64,000 nucleotides of DNA from Squalus acanthias (GCA_030390025.1 CM059425.1:171370001-171434000), one strand, 5' to 3'. Numbered from the stretch's first letter, positions 1 to 12,314 are shown. Made by a program: numbers and translations. Notes: generated by a model from the sequence alone, not told the origin.

Positions 1-100
1 AGATAAGATTGAGTCTGCCTCCACCACCCTTTCAGGAAGTGCATTCCAGATCTTAACCACTCGTTGCGTAATAAAGTTTTTTCTTACTTCACCTTTGGTT
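1..100 (-). mobile_element. CR1 LINE 3' region fragment, cut by the window edge
   Basis: Matches the minus-strand CR1 copies at ~8630-8720 and ~63015-63090 (tctgcctccaccaccctttcagg..gcattccagat..aaccactcgttgcgtaa). Confidence 0.7.
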
Positions 101-1989
101 TCAGGCACTGCGACGCTCTGAAAATGAGCACGAGAACGGCACGATGGTCTCAAGCAGCCTTGTAGGTGGGGAAGGCTACTTGTGGAATAAAAAATACTGG
201 AGTAAGCTAAAAAAGGGAAGTATTGGGGGGGGGGGGGGAAGGAGTGCTTCCTTTTTCCAAATACTCCCACAATTTCTATGTGAGAAAAATATAAATCACA
301 AAAATATGTTACTTTTCAAAATCAAACTTTAAATTTGTTGCCCAGCAGGAGATTGGCCATTTCACATCTCCTCACCTGCAGAGTTTTTCCGTTAGTGTTA
401 CAAAGAATGACAAATTTTAGCATTGTTGTTTTTCTCTAGCCTGTTTCTGAATACTTTTGCTTCTAAAGTGAATGCTGATGACACCACTGGGGAACCTGGC
501 TTGGAGGAGTTGTCAAGCCCAGCAGTGTGAGGAAGCCGATTTCAAAACAACAGATACTCAGTGCTTAAAGACACACTGCAACTCCAGGGGAAAAAAAGTT
601 TGGCAGAACTTTACTTATTTGTTTACAAATGAAAGTTCCAGTAGGGCAAATTGCATTGAAAAGGATGTCGGTTATATGGAGCATTCTGACTAAAAATGAC
701 ATATAGCTCTTTTCCCTCCTCGAAGAATCTGAAAAACGCTTGCCAAAGACTTCAGAAAGAAACCCAGGGCGCTTCTGTTATTGTCTGATATCAACTCTTT
801 CTGCTGGTATAGCTCCCCTCTCACTATCAGAATCAGGAGCTCTTCCTAGTCAGGACTCCAGTGATATTGAAGCAAAAACACATCAGTAGCACTCACTGCT
901 TAACCAAAAAAAATTGAAAACAAAATGATACTACGGTTGGTCACGATTCTTTTTATGGGAATCAGCACTCCCTCAACACTGACAGCACATTGCCATTCTA
1001 CGGTTTCACTAGGTGAATTACATCCTTTTTTAAAATAAATTTAAGTCTGCTATCCATGGAAAACCTCCTCAAGTTTCTATTTGCCAATATAGAATTGAAA
1101 ATCATGCTTTCACTTTTTTTTGACAGTTTATAATTATATAATTTTCATTCAATAAATGTTTATGAAGTCATTTCCCAGCTATTGCAGGAGGGCACACTGA
1201 GAATTTAAGTCCAGTTGTGCACATGTTGGGAAGAGGGGCATAGATGTGTGGGTACAGCAGAATAATTTTTAAAGTGAAAATCATTTCACACCAACAAATG
1301 AGATATGACAATGTAATGTGACCACTGCTTATGATCCTCCAACTCCCATTAGAAAAGTGACAATCCATCTATGACATATTTCATTTTTAGTTCATTATCA
1401 CAGTAGATGGGTTGGTTGCTATACTGAGGGGACAGTTTGCGGCGAGTGGGTTTCCAGGAACAGGCCTCATCAACAGAAGCTTTGTGTAATGAAATCAAAC
1501 CATCTCATACTTATTTTAAAAATCTAGTGAGATTGTAAGGACAAAATAGTTTCCTCAGTCTTACTGCTGTAAATCCTAAGCTAATTCTCTGTGACTTTAT
1601 TAACTTCACACTGCTGCCATTGTAGCTCTTTTTCCTTTATGCTTAATGCCACCTGGACACAAAAGCTATTTGTTAGAAGCCACATTCATTTGTTTGAAAT
1701 CAATGACTCTGCTGAGGAACTGCACAGGAAGTACTTATTTCAGAGAATCCACTGGACAGTCAGACAATGAGGCATTTTGGCTGCTTAATATAATTACTTC
1801 AGAACAGAGATATAGAGGTTTAAGTGCCTATATTTCACTGAATTTACATTCTTAGAGAGGCCACAAGACAGCCTAACCAGGTGTGATTTAGTTATCTTAA
1901 GCCAACTACCATCCCACTCCATTTGGTCATGTCTGCCTAAATACAAAGTCTCTACCGCTGGAACATCAAATACGAATTAAAACTGCAGA

Positions 1990-2830
1990 ACCAGAGAAAT
2001 AATACTGGGCAATGCAGACCCAAGGGATTATGGCTTGATTCCTGGTCCCCCAACATAATCTATGGCTGGGAATAGAAGGTAGGACATCCCCTCCTAACCC
2101 CCACTACACAGCCCGCCATTCATACATCCTCAGAAGAGACCAAGAGAGAGCCAGAAGAACCCCACTGTCGCTGCAACTCTCTCAGCCTGGAGTCAGGTCT
2201 GTTCCGCTCTGAAGATCCAACCAGGTCTATCAGACCTCTCCCCAATATTGCACTGCGGGGTGCTCCCATCCGGACTCATCTCAGCTTGATAACAGCCTGG
2301 CATGAAAAAGGGATCACCAGATTAAGCCAGCTCCTCCATAAGGGCCATCACATAGCTGACAAATTTCACCTCGACCAACATGACCAATCCCGCCCTCTCC
2401 AGAGGAAGCACTACCACCAGATATTTAGCAAATGTTAGCATGAGCCAACCCCCTTAGAACTTTCCCTCCACTTCTCAACAACCTCTTGCAGATGCACTTT
2501 GCTTCATTGACTAAGATGGAACAGAAAATCCTGGAGAATGCCCAGGAACAAGACAAAGGCTGAGTGTTTTCTGAGGAGGAATTGCAAAGGCTATGAAGTC
2601 AGTGCCTAAACATCACCACCTGCAGCAAATGCAGCAAGGCCAAATGAAAATCATACAACACACATATCATACTCTGCATTTGCTCCACAAAATCCAACCA
2701 TCCTTACCAGATGACAGCTGGAGAGGCTGCAGCCTCCTCCACATATTCTGGTCATCTCCCTATACCCAGCCTTTCTGGGACAGCGGTCCAAGAGGTCAGT
2801 AAGAGCAAGACTGCTCTTGTGATCCCTAAG
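1990..2830 (+). mobile_element. Degenerate L1/Tx1-clade LINE, ORF2 C-terminal region
   Basis: Broken frames give YWAMQ..IM..WLGIE, WHEKGITRLSQL and KIIQHTYHT..LHKIQP..DDSWRGC.LLHIFWSSPYTQPFW (ORF 2593..2802), resembling the L1 C-terminal Cys/His region. Many stops and frameshifts. Confidence 0.65.
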
Positions 2831-3139
2831 GACCCAGCACAGAATCCAACCCACTGACCATAAGGGACAGCAACCACACCCAAAATGAACAGTATTCAGG
2901 GTTCCTCCCCACTGTACCCATTTCTAACCAATCCCAGAACCCAGGGCCAAAAAAGTTGTTTAGGCCACCTGACCAGCATTGCTCCGAGTGCAAGTAGCCT
3001 GATGTGGTGGTGGTGGTGGTGGTACATTCCCACCACAGGCACTGTATAGTCAGGATGTACAGGGACTCCATAATTGTGTACGGATGTATACGCACTAATG
3101 AAATGTGTGTCATTAATAACCTTAATGTACAACAATCCT

Positions 3140-3370
3140 CTCAAATATCTATGCGAATGTATCTTTAATCATACAATGGCTTCATAAAACTTATGTGAAT
3201 GTACACCTATATGTATAATAGCTTCATGAAATAAATGAATATAAACCTACATAATAGCTCCATAAAATTTACATGTGCATGTACACATATTTGTATAGTA
3301 GCTTCATGAAATATATGTATGAATGCACACCTATATGTATAAAAGCTTCATAAAATGTAAGTGTACATTC
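3140..3370. repeat. Degenerate AT-rich minisatellite (~40-45 bp unit)
   Basis: About 5 imperfect repeats of tatgtgaatgtacacctatatgtataatagcttcatgaaa. Confidence 0.6.
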
Positions 3371-3624
3371 TTGAAAACCCAATTTAAAAAATTCAGAATC
3401 TTAACTGGCATTTATACTGCAGTGGCATCACCACCATTGGAAAATGATTGGCTTTGCTGTCCAATGCTGTATAATCAGCATACAATACACATTTTCATTT
3501 GTGTTGCAATTTTGCAATGTATGTTGAAAAAGTCACTGCATTACGAAAATGTCATCGAACAACTTGCCAGTGACATTTTGACATACAGCTCTTCCACTTT
3601 CTTTCAGTCTCTAAAGCAGCACAG

Positions 3625-4231
3625 TACAGTAGCAAAGTGGTTGTGTTACTGGACTAGTAATCCAGAAGCCTGGACTACTGATCCGGAGACGTGAGTTCAA
3701 ATCCCACCATGGCAGCTGGGGAATTGAAATTCAGTTAATTAAATAAATCTGGAATAAAAAGCTAGTATTAGTAATGGTGACCATGAAACTACCGGATTGT
3801 CGTTAAAAACCCATCTGGTTCACTCATGTCCTTTAGGGAAGGAAATCTGCCATCCTTACCTGGACCCACAGCAATGTGGTTGACTCTTAACTGCCCTGTG
3901 AAGTGGCCGAGCCACTCACTTGTACCAAACCATCTCAAAGACTGCCGTGGAGGCTGGGTCATTAAATACATTTAAGGTGGAGATAGACAGATTTTTGCAA
4001 GATAAGGGAGTGAAGGGTTATGGGGAGCGGGCAGGGAAGTGTCTTTGAGCCCAAGATCAGCCATGATCTTATTGAATGGCGGAGCAGGCTCGAGGGGCCA
4101 AGTGGCCTATTCCTGCTCCTATTTCTTATGTTCTTATGGTTCACCACCACCTTCTCAAGGGCAATTAGGGATGGGCAATAAATGCTGGCCTTGCCAGCAA
4201 CTCCCACATCCCGTGAATAATTTAAAAAAAA
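3625..4231 (+). mobile_element. tRNA-derived SINE with a LINE-derived 3' tail, interrupted by a CR1 tail
   Basis: A-box-like agtagcaaagtggtt and B-box gagttcaaatccc; the tail caccaccttctcaagggcaattagggatgggcaataaatgctggccttgccagc plus A-run matches the LINE 3' end at ~46365-46448. Confidence 0.8.
3945..4138 (+). mobile_element. CR1 3'-end fragment nested in the SINE
   Basis: gatcagccatgatcttattgaatggcggagcaggctcgaggggcc..tggcctattcctgctcctatttcttatgttcttatg, the CR1 3' UTR seen throughout the window. Confidence 0.85.
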
Positions 4232-4352
4232 CAATCCTCCTACCATCCATCTTTAAAAATCTCCATTTTCATTTTACTTTCTCCCAGTCAAACTGACAGT
4301 CTATAATCAAATTAATTAAAACACAGTTGTATGGGAACACATTTCTGTTATT

Positions 4353-5060
4353 GGGCCAGATTTTGCCCTGAGCGGCACCAGCCGTTTGTTAGACTTGCAC
4401 TTGCCGAAAGACTTTCTATGGGGTTTTGCATGGCAAGTTCTGGTCAGCCAACCATCCAAAAAGCGCAGCGCCGTCTAGAGGGGATCGGAGACCTGTATGG
4501 ACAGGGAAAGCAACTCCTTAAAGAATCAGATTGAAGAATCCTTACTGAGCAGCGCAGAGTCTGAACCAGGATGTGCAAGTTGGAATATTGAATTCAATGT
4601 TAAATCAGGTACAGAAACCAAAATAAAAGAGAGAGGGAAAGAAAGATGGAATTAAGAGAGAGATAAAAGAGACAGAAAGAAAAAGTAAAGATAAAGTATT
4701 AAAATTTTTTTTTTAACTCCAACAATAATTAAATTCTTAAGGAATGAGACTCCACACTTGTAAAAGTTAATTTTCAGTGCCCGAGAGGTTGTTTGGCAGT
4801 AATTAAGACTTACCACTGTGTTAGAAGGGTACTTAGACTGGCGAGTTTAGTCCATATCTATGAAGCAAGTACAGCAACTTCACGCCGTTCAATATATTTA
4901 AATAGAGTCAGATACCATTTTCGGGAAGCTTTTAGAGGAGCTTAACATCTTGGACAGCAACTTTCTGCATTTAACTGCGTATGTGCGGTCGCTGGAAGTT
5001 GCTGTCCTATTTGCACATAAATAACGTTGAGCGCTGTTAGCCTCACTGTTATTTTTATGA
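4353..5060. mobile_element. Probable degraded non-autonomous DNA transposon (Harbinger-type terminus)
   Basis: Starts gggccagattttgc, like the TIRs at 21754 and 48024, with GC-richer ends and an AT/GA-rich core. No right TIR found. Confidence 0.45.
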
Positions 5061-6682
5061 CATAATTGTGTTTATACCGTCTTTTCAGCTTATTTGCAAA
5101 ATTACAACCAAGAATGTTGCAATGGTCAACAGCCATCTTGAATCTTGGCCTTGAATTAAATAAATCATAGCTGTAAATCACATTAAAAATAAAATGGAGT
5201 TACTTAAAGTTTGCTATAAGAGGAATCCAGGGCACAAAGTTTTTATGTAAACAAAACTAAGCAGCAGGAGAAGTGCATGCTTCAAAAAAAAGTATCAAGT
5301 TTCACCATCAATTTCTTTTAACGCTGTTCAATCCATTTAGTGATATTTTAGAATAAAATACAGTACTATATAAAGCAGAATGTGGCTGTCTGCCTGACCC
5401 AGGATTAAAACATGAACAAGTGCATGTTACGGATTAAACCTACAGGGGTACATTAAACAGGATGACAATGCTCAGCATCATTTACAGAAAGCACTGGTAT
5501 CACTTTCCCCACAATCTTCCTGTCAATTTCACAGGGCTCAGATCTAAAGCTATTTGACAGGTAAAATGCTGGCACTCCCCCTCCCCCTCCAGTTTTGCCC
5601 ATCAATTTCCCAAACAGTAACAACATTCAGTGAGCAATGCTCGCAGCTCCATGCCTTAGCTTCCTAGTGCTGAATGTCCATTTTGTCACCATGCTCATCA
5701 GTCTTGCTTTAATTTGGTTTCACTGGTAGAAAAGACAATGTGCTGCTGACAGATTATAGCCACCAGCAAATGCTTGCCGCCTATGAGAAAAATATTAAAT
5801 TTTAGCCTTGAATTTCATAAACAAAAAAAATGAACCAACTAATGATTTCCATTTATTCATGCTTATGTCAGAATACAGCTGCCGTAAACACAATCAAAGT
5901 CTTACATGACAAAATGCTGAACATTCACAAATGTTACTGGGGCAAAGAAAAACTTCCATAGTCAGATTTCAGTCTAAGCCGTACAGCCTTCCAAGTCTCT
6001 GCAATAGGCACTGTCATTTCAAATTATGCAAAAGCATGGAAAAATTTACACCTAAAGGCACATCTAGAAAATTACTATGATGGGTACTTGTCAAAATATC
6101 CAGTCCTCCCAAAAATGATGATGCAATTTGATTCCATTTTGGTGACATTAGGCTGTCTAGCTTTTCCCCCTATTGGCTGAAGCAGATTGGCAGGTCTTGC
6201 GAACAGCTAATCCATTGCACCAGCCAGGCTCAGTGAGTTTTATTTTAATGTTAAGTCTATCTGTGTTGAAAGGGAGATAGAAGAAGGAAGACACACACAG
6301 GTGGTGGTGGTGGTGGGGGGGGGGGGGGGGGGGCGGTGGAGAAGGAGGAGTACAAATAGAATGAGAGAGATGCACACATAGGGCTGGATTTTTCCAACCT
6401 TGGTGGAGTCCGGGGCAGGCGACGTCCGTGGCATGTGGGGACCCCGCATCTGTGCTGATTCCGGCCTCCAACAAGATTTGCCATTGATGGGGCTTGTTAA
6501 GCCCGCCCTGCGAGGTTCCCGGTCAATTAATAGGAAGCGGGTCTTGATGACCGTCATTTGATGACGCGTCATCAGCCGGTTTCCTTAAAGGGACCATGTC
6601 CACAATCAATTCAACAGTAGTTCTGTCAGTGTTCTACAGCATTGAGGTGCTGCAAACACTGACAAGCACTGTACAAAGGTGC

Positions 6683-6885
6683 ATGGCTACACCAAGGCTC
6701 CCTCCATATGTTTATGGAGGGAGTCACAGCACGCAGGGAGGTTCTCTTCCCTTCCAATGGGTGGAAGAGACCTCCCCAGGAGACCAACGCAGCCTGGTTG
6801 CAAATTGCACAGGAGGGCACAAGCAGGGATGTCGTCAGGAGGACCTGGGTACAGTGACGCAAACCTTTCAATGATCTCAGTAGAT
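6683..6885 (+). pseudogene. Harbinger Myb/SANT-like DNA-binding protein relic
   Basis: Frame-corrected translation MEGVTARREVLFPSNGWKRPPQETNAAWLQIAQEGTSRDVVRRTWVQ*RKPFNDL has the W...W.QC.K.F.DL pattern of Harbinger Myb/SANT proteins; it carries a stop and a deletion. Confidence 0.7.
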
Positions 6886-6980
6886 CACAAAACGTTACTG
6901 CAAAGCCACACTCAGCGTCAACCTGCTGTGCCACTCATCACATCCCCATCACTCTGCCTTCCTTACCCTACTCCTGCACA

Positions 6981-7305
6981 GGGGCAACACGGTGGCATAG
7001 TGGTTAGCACTGTTGCCTCACAGCGCCAGGGACCCGGGTTCGAATCCGGCCTCGGGTGACTGTCTGTGTGGAGTTTGCACATTCTCCCCGTGTCTGCGTG
7101 GGTTTCCTCCGGGTGCTCCGGTTTCCTCCCACAGTCCAAAGATGTGCGGGTTAGGTTGATTTGGCTATGATAAATTGACCCTTAGTGTTAGGTGGATTAA
7201 ATACGTGGGGTTACGGGGATAGGGTGGGATATGTGTCGGTGCAGGCTCGATGGGCCGAAATGGCCTCTATCTGCACTGTGGGGATTCTGTGATTCACATT
7301 CTGTG
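6981..7305 (+). mobile_element. HE1-type V-SINE (elasmobranch tRNA-derived SINE)
   Basis: A box tggcatagtgg, B box ggttcgaatcc, V-domain tgtgtggagtttgcacattctccccgtgtctgcgtgggtttcctccgggtgctccggtttcctcccaca, and a CR1-like tail. The empty site is visible in the paralog at ~22665-22685. Confidence 0.9.
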
Positions 7306-9057
7306 ATCCTTACTCACACCAACTTACCTTGCACCTCCACCCATCCCTCTCTATCTACATTATCACTTCCTCATCTCACTAGCCACCCCTCACACTCACC
7401 CTCATCCTTGTCTAATCATACCAATTAACAACACACAAGGGTAGGCAGTTGGCTGTTATCGCCAATGTTCATGTAAAGTTTCTGTTAATGTATTGTCAAA
7501 CATTGAAATCTTTATTTTCAACACTTTGCCTTCTTGGCCAATTTGTGTGCACCTTTGGAAGTGGCTTAGTGAGTTGCAATGAATGGTGAGACATTACGGT
7601 AGCGCCCCCCCCCCAATGGTGATGAGTGTGAAAGGAATGGCTTGAGCATTGTAGAGATGCCTTATGGTGTTGGTGTGGGGTGGTGCCAACCTGGCGCATC
7701 ATGTGGCAGCCAGGGTATACAGCGTCAAGTGAAGTAAATCTGGTCATGGTGAGGCCATCCCTGGTGTTCCGGGCAGCAATGTGGTCGGGTGCTGATGCCC
7801 TGTGTCCTGTGCAGCATCAGGTGATTGCGGAGAAGGTTGGTGTGGTTGTTGGTGCTGCTGGTGTGTCTGGTGCTGCTGGTGTTGGGGCTGATAGTGGTGG
7901 AATTCTGAGGACCAAGGTGAGAGAGTTTCAAGGGCATCGATGCTGATGAAATAGATGGCAGCTGAAGTTGAGATGACAGAAGCAATCAGTCAATGGTGAG
8001 AGAGTTTGCTCCAAACTCTTCAAACCTCCATAAAACTGAAAAGTGTATTCCAAATCCTGAAGGCTCCAGCCTCTAAGATTGGAAATTGAACAGCTGTGAA
8101 ATGGTAGCTTTTATACCACTTTTGCAGCTGTCAACTATTCACAGCAATGCAGAGTCATTGAGAACCCGACATACTAACTGGACGTGATCCCCGAGCACCG
8201 GGAAACTCGTAAAAAAACATGGAAAATCGTTAGAACCTGGTAAAATGCTGCTTAAATACCTTTCAGCAGCTTCTTAAGTATCTTAATTGCCTGACCCGCC
8301 GCTTAGAGCCGGGTCTGCAAACCGCAGGCAGAGCCGGCACTTGGGAAATTAACAAGGAGGGGGTTTCAGAGCGGACTTCTGCCCCGCTGTCAATCACTGC
8401 CATTTTGACAGTGGACCCGCCTCCAAACCCGCCCTCTGAGCGCCGGCAAAATTCAGCCCATAGAATCATAGAATAGTACAGCACAGAAGGAGTCCATTCG
8501 GCCCATCAAGTCTGCGCCAGGTCTTTCGAAGAACAATCCAGTTAGTCCCACTTCCCCGCTCTTTCCCCATATCCCAGCAATGTTTTCTCCTTCAAGTATT
8601 TATCCAATTCCCTTTTGAAGGTTACAATTGAATCTGTATCCACCACCCTATCAGGCAGTGCATTCCAAATTCTAACCACTCATTGCGTAAAATAGTTTCC
8701 CCTCATGTCGCCTCTGGTTCTTTTGCCAATCACCTTAAATCTGTGCCTTCTGGTTATCGACCCTTCAGCCATTGGAAACAGTCTCTTTATTTACTCTATC
8801 TAAACCCTTCATGATTTTATCAAATCTCCTCTTAGCCTTCTTTGCTCCAAGGAGAACAACCCCAGCTTCTCCAGTCTATCCAAGTAACTGTATTTCATCA
8901 TCCCTGGAACCATTCTAGTAAATCTCTTCTGTACCTTCTCAAAAGCCTTCACGTCCTTCCTAAAGTGTGGTGCCCAGAATTGGACACAATACTCCAGCTG
9001 GGGCCGAACTAGTGTTTTATATAGGTTTAATATAACTTCCTAGCTTTTGTACTCTAT

Positions 9058-9728
9058 GGGCTGGATTTTCATTGACCCGTGGAGGCGGGTTTGGAGGCGT
9101 GTGGGGGGTTAAAATTGCGAAAACTGGCGGGCGGGCACAAGCCCGCCTCCATGCAATTTTCATTAAATCGTGTCTGCTGGTCCCGACTCCGTCCCGCCTC
9201 CAAGAGGCGGGATAGGCTGTTAAGGCCCTTAACAAGCACAAAATTGCCACTATAATGCCATTTTGAAAGGCCTTTGTGATTTTAACCCTTTTTCTACGTG
9301 AAGCATGCCTGTTCTGAACCACGAATGTGAAACCTGGCGGGAGCACATTTGGCTGGCTGGCATATCTGGATGGATGGATGAGGAGGAGACATATCTGGAT
9401 GGATGAGGAGGAGACATACCTGGGAGTGGTGGTGCAAAAATATCTGGGAGCAGACTTAGGGCTGCTACTGCTCATTTTGCATCCAGGTCCTCTCACAGCA
9501 AAGGCCAGGCAGTCTTTGCAGACCTTCAATGCAGCAGCAATGATGACATCATCAGAGGTGACTTTCAGACTGAAAACACTAATTGGGTCATCGGTTCCCA
9601 CATGCTGGAACTCAATTACCCAATTAGGTGAAAATCACATCAATCTCCCACATCCAATTGCAGTCGGGTGGATAACATGAAAAGTGGATGACACGACCCC
9701 AACCCGCCCCAGTATCAAAATCCAACCC
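9058..9728. mobile_element. Harbinger-type MITE nested in CR1
   Basis: TIRs gggctggatttt and aaaatccaaccc; 3-bp TSD TAT/TCT (1 mismatch); CR1 sequence resumes on both sides (compare ~63415-63445). Confidence 0.8.
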
Positions 9729-10115
9729 TCTGCCTCTATTTATAAAGCCCAGGATCCCATACGCTTTATTAACTGCTTTGTTAACCTGTCCTGCCACCTT
9801 CAAAGATTTGTGTACAAACACCCCAGGTCTCTCTTTTCTTGCACCCCCTTTAAAATTGTACCATTTAGCTTGTATTGTATCACCTCACACTTTTCTGCAT
9901 TGAGTTTCATCTGCCATGTGTCCACCCATTCCACGTCTATTACTAACTTCCTCACTGCCAAGTTTCATGTCATCTGCAAATTTTGAAATTGTGCCCAGTA
10001 CCCGCAAGTCCAAGTCATTAATGTATATCAAAAACAGTAATGGTCCTAGTACTGAACCTTGGGGAACTCTACTGTATACCTATCTCCAATCTGAAAAACA
10101 GCCATTCACCACAAC

Positions 10116-10280
10116 CAATGTTCCCTCTAAATTTTTTTCCCCATACACGGTCCCTTTAATTGGGTGCTCTGACCATTCAAATTTTCACCCATGCGCGGTT
10201 TCTTCCCTGTAAAAGCCAATGAGCGGCCTGCACAGGACCTCCAGACTGCTGCGCGGCCACGCAGTTTAGCGGAAAGATTG
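10116..10280. mobile_element. hAT-type MITE (165 bp) nested in CR1
   Basis: Perfect 8-bp TSD accacaac (10108-10115, 10281-10288); imperfect TIRs caatgttccctctaa and ttagcggaaagattg. Confidence 0.85.
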
Positions 10281-11442
10281 ACCACAACTCTGTTTTCATC
10301 CCTTAGCCAATTTTGTACCCATGCTGCTACTGCCCCTTTTACCCCATGGGCTTCATTTTTACTAACAAGCCTAGTATGTAGTACTTTATCAAACTACTTT
10401 TTGAAATCCATATACACAACATCAACTGCACTGCCCTCATCCACCCTCTCTATTACCTCATCAAAAATCTCAATCAAGTTAGTAAAACACAATTTTCCCA
10501 TAACGCATCCGTGCTCGTTCTCCTTTATTAGTCCACGCTTGTCCAAGTGGCTGTTAATTTTTTCTCGGATTATTGTTTCTAAAAGTTTCCCCACCACCAA
10601 CGTTAAACTGACTGGCCTGTAATTGCCAGGTTTATCCTTCTCCCCTTTTTTGAACAAGGTTGTAACATTTGCAATCATCCAGTTCTTTGGCACCATTCCT
10701 GTATCTAAGGAGGATTGGAAAATTGTGACCAGCACCTCTGCAATTTCTACCCTGACTTCCCTCAGCAACCTAGGATGCACCCATCTGGTCCTGGTGACTT
10801 ATCTACTTTAAGTACTGCCAGCCTTCCTAGCACCTCCTCTATCTATTTTTATCTCGTCCAGTATCCTGGCAACCTCCTCATTTTAACTTCGGCAAAGTCC
10901 TCTTCCTTGGTAAACACCAATGAAAAGTACTCATTTAGTACCTCAGCCATGCCTTCTGTCTCCACCAATAGTTCTCCATTTTGTTCCCTAATCGGCCCCA
11001 CCCTTTTACTCTTAATATGTCTATAGAAGACCTTTGGATTCCCTTTTATGTTAGCTGCCAATCTATTCTCATACAGTCTCTTTGCCCCTCTTATTTCTTT
11101 TTTCATTTGTCCTCTGTACTTTTTATATTCAGCCTGATTCTCCCTTGTATTATCAAGCTGACATCTGTCATACGCCCCCTTTTTCTGCTTCGTTCTACTC
11201 TCGGACTCCTTCGTCATCCAGGGAGCTCTGGCTTTGGTTTCCCTCCCTTTCTCCCTTGTGGGAATGTACCTAAACCTCTTTAAAGACCGCCCATTGCTCC
11301 ATTACATTTCTGCCTGCCAGTCTTTAATTCCAATTTACCTGGAACAGATCCCCCCTCAATTTGCTGAAATTAGCCCTCCTCCAGTTAAGCATTTTTATTC
11401 TAGATTGCTCCTTGACCGTCCCCATAACTAATCTAAACCTGA

Positions 11443-11570
11443 CATAAAAACATAAGTAATAGGAGCAGGTGCAGGCAAGTTGGCCCTTCGAGCCTGCTCC
11501 ACCATTCAATAAGATCATAGCTGATCTTCTACCTCAACTCCATCTTCCCGTATTCCTTGATTCCCTTAAA
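11443..11570 (-). mobile_element. Short CR1 3' tail nested in the long CR1
   Basis: aacataagtaataggagcagg..ggcccttcgagcctgctccaccattcaataagatcatagctgatc interrupts the ORF2 sequence. Confidence 0.75.
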
Positions 11571-12314
11571 ATATATGATCACTATTCCCGAGGTGCTCCC
11601 CGGCACATTCTCCACTTGACCCACTTCATTCCCCAGGACTAGATCCAGCAATGCCTCCTTCTTCGTTGGGCAGGAAACATACTGATCAAGAAAATTCTCC
11701 TGAACACACTTCAGAAATTCCTCCCCTTCTCTACCCTAAACACAATCAATGCACCATTCAATACTGGGGTAGTTAAAGTCTCCCATTGCACCTCTCAGTA
11801 ACTTCTTTGCAAATCTGCTCCTCTATCTCCTTCGCACTGTTTGGTGGCCTATAAAATACACCAAATAGCGTAATAGCTCTTTTATTGTTTTTTTACCTCT
11901 AACTAAATAGTTTCTGTCTTTGACCCCCTCAAAGACGCTCTCTCTTTCTAACACTGTAATATTTTCCTTAATCAAAACTGCTACCCCTTCTGCTTTTTTC
12001 CCTTCCCTATCTTTCCTGGATACCTTGTACCCAGGAATATTAAGCATCTTATCCTCTCCTTTTTTTAGCCAGGTCTCAGTTATTGCCTCTACATCATATT
12101 CCCATGTGGCTATTTGTACCTCCAGCTCACCAACCTTATTAACCACACATTGTGCATTTACAAACATGCATTCCAAACCTAACACAGACCTCTTTGTATT
12201 TTTTATGATCCCACCTAATTCTGTATTATTTCTAGCTCTAACTCTAACTGTCTCTCAGTCCTCTGTGCACCTTGTTTCTACTTTTTAATACTACATCTTG
12301 ATGCCCAACCCCCG

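Larger units (their letters stand above)
6381..8459. mobile_element. Non-autonomous PIF/Harbinger element, copy 1 (Myb/SANT relic retained, transposase internally deleted)
   Basis: TIRs gggctggatttt (6381) and aaaattcagccc (ends 8459); 3-bp TSD ATA (6378-6380, 8460-8462); colinear with 21420-23854. Confidence 0.85.

Noticed and set aside
440..530. Strong acceptor (ttgtttttctctag) followed by a short open frame LFLNTFASKVNADD..PAV*
   Set aside because: No recognisable homology or supporting exon structure; such sites occur by chance.
6157..6572. Pro/His/Thr-rich ORFs
   Set aside because: They are produced by the (GGT)n/poly-G tract at ~6300-6335.
6981..7055. tRNA gene
   Set aside because: The A/B boxes continue directly into the V-SINE body and tail, so this is a SINE head.
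9017..9680. 194-aa and 117-aa ORFs
   Set aside because: They lie within a MITE and include a small tandem duplication; no protein motif.
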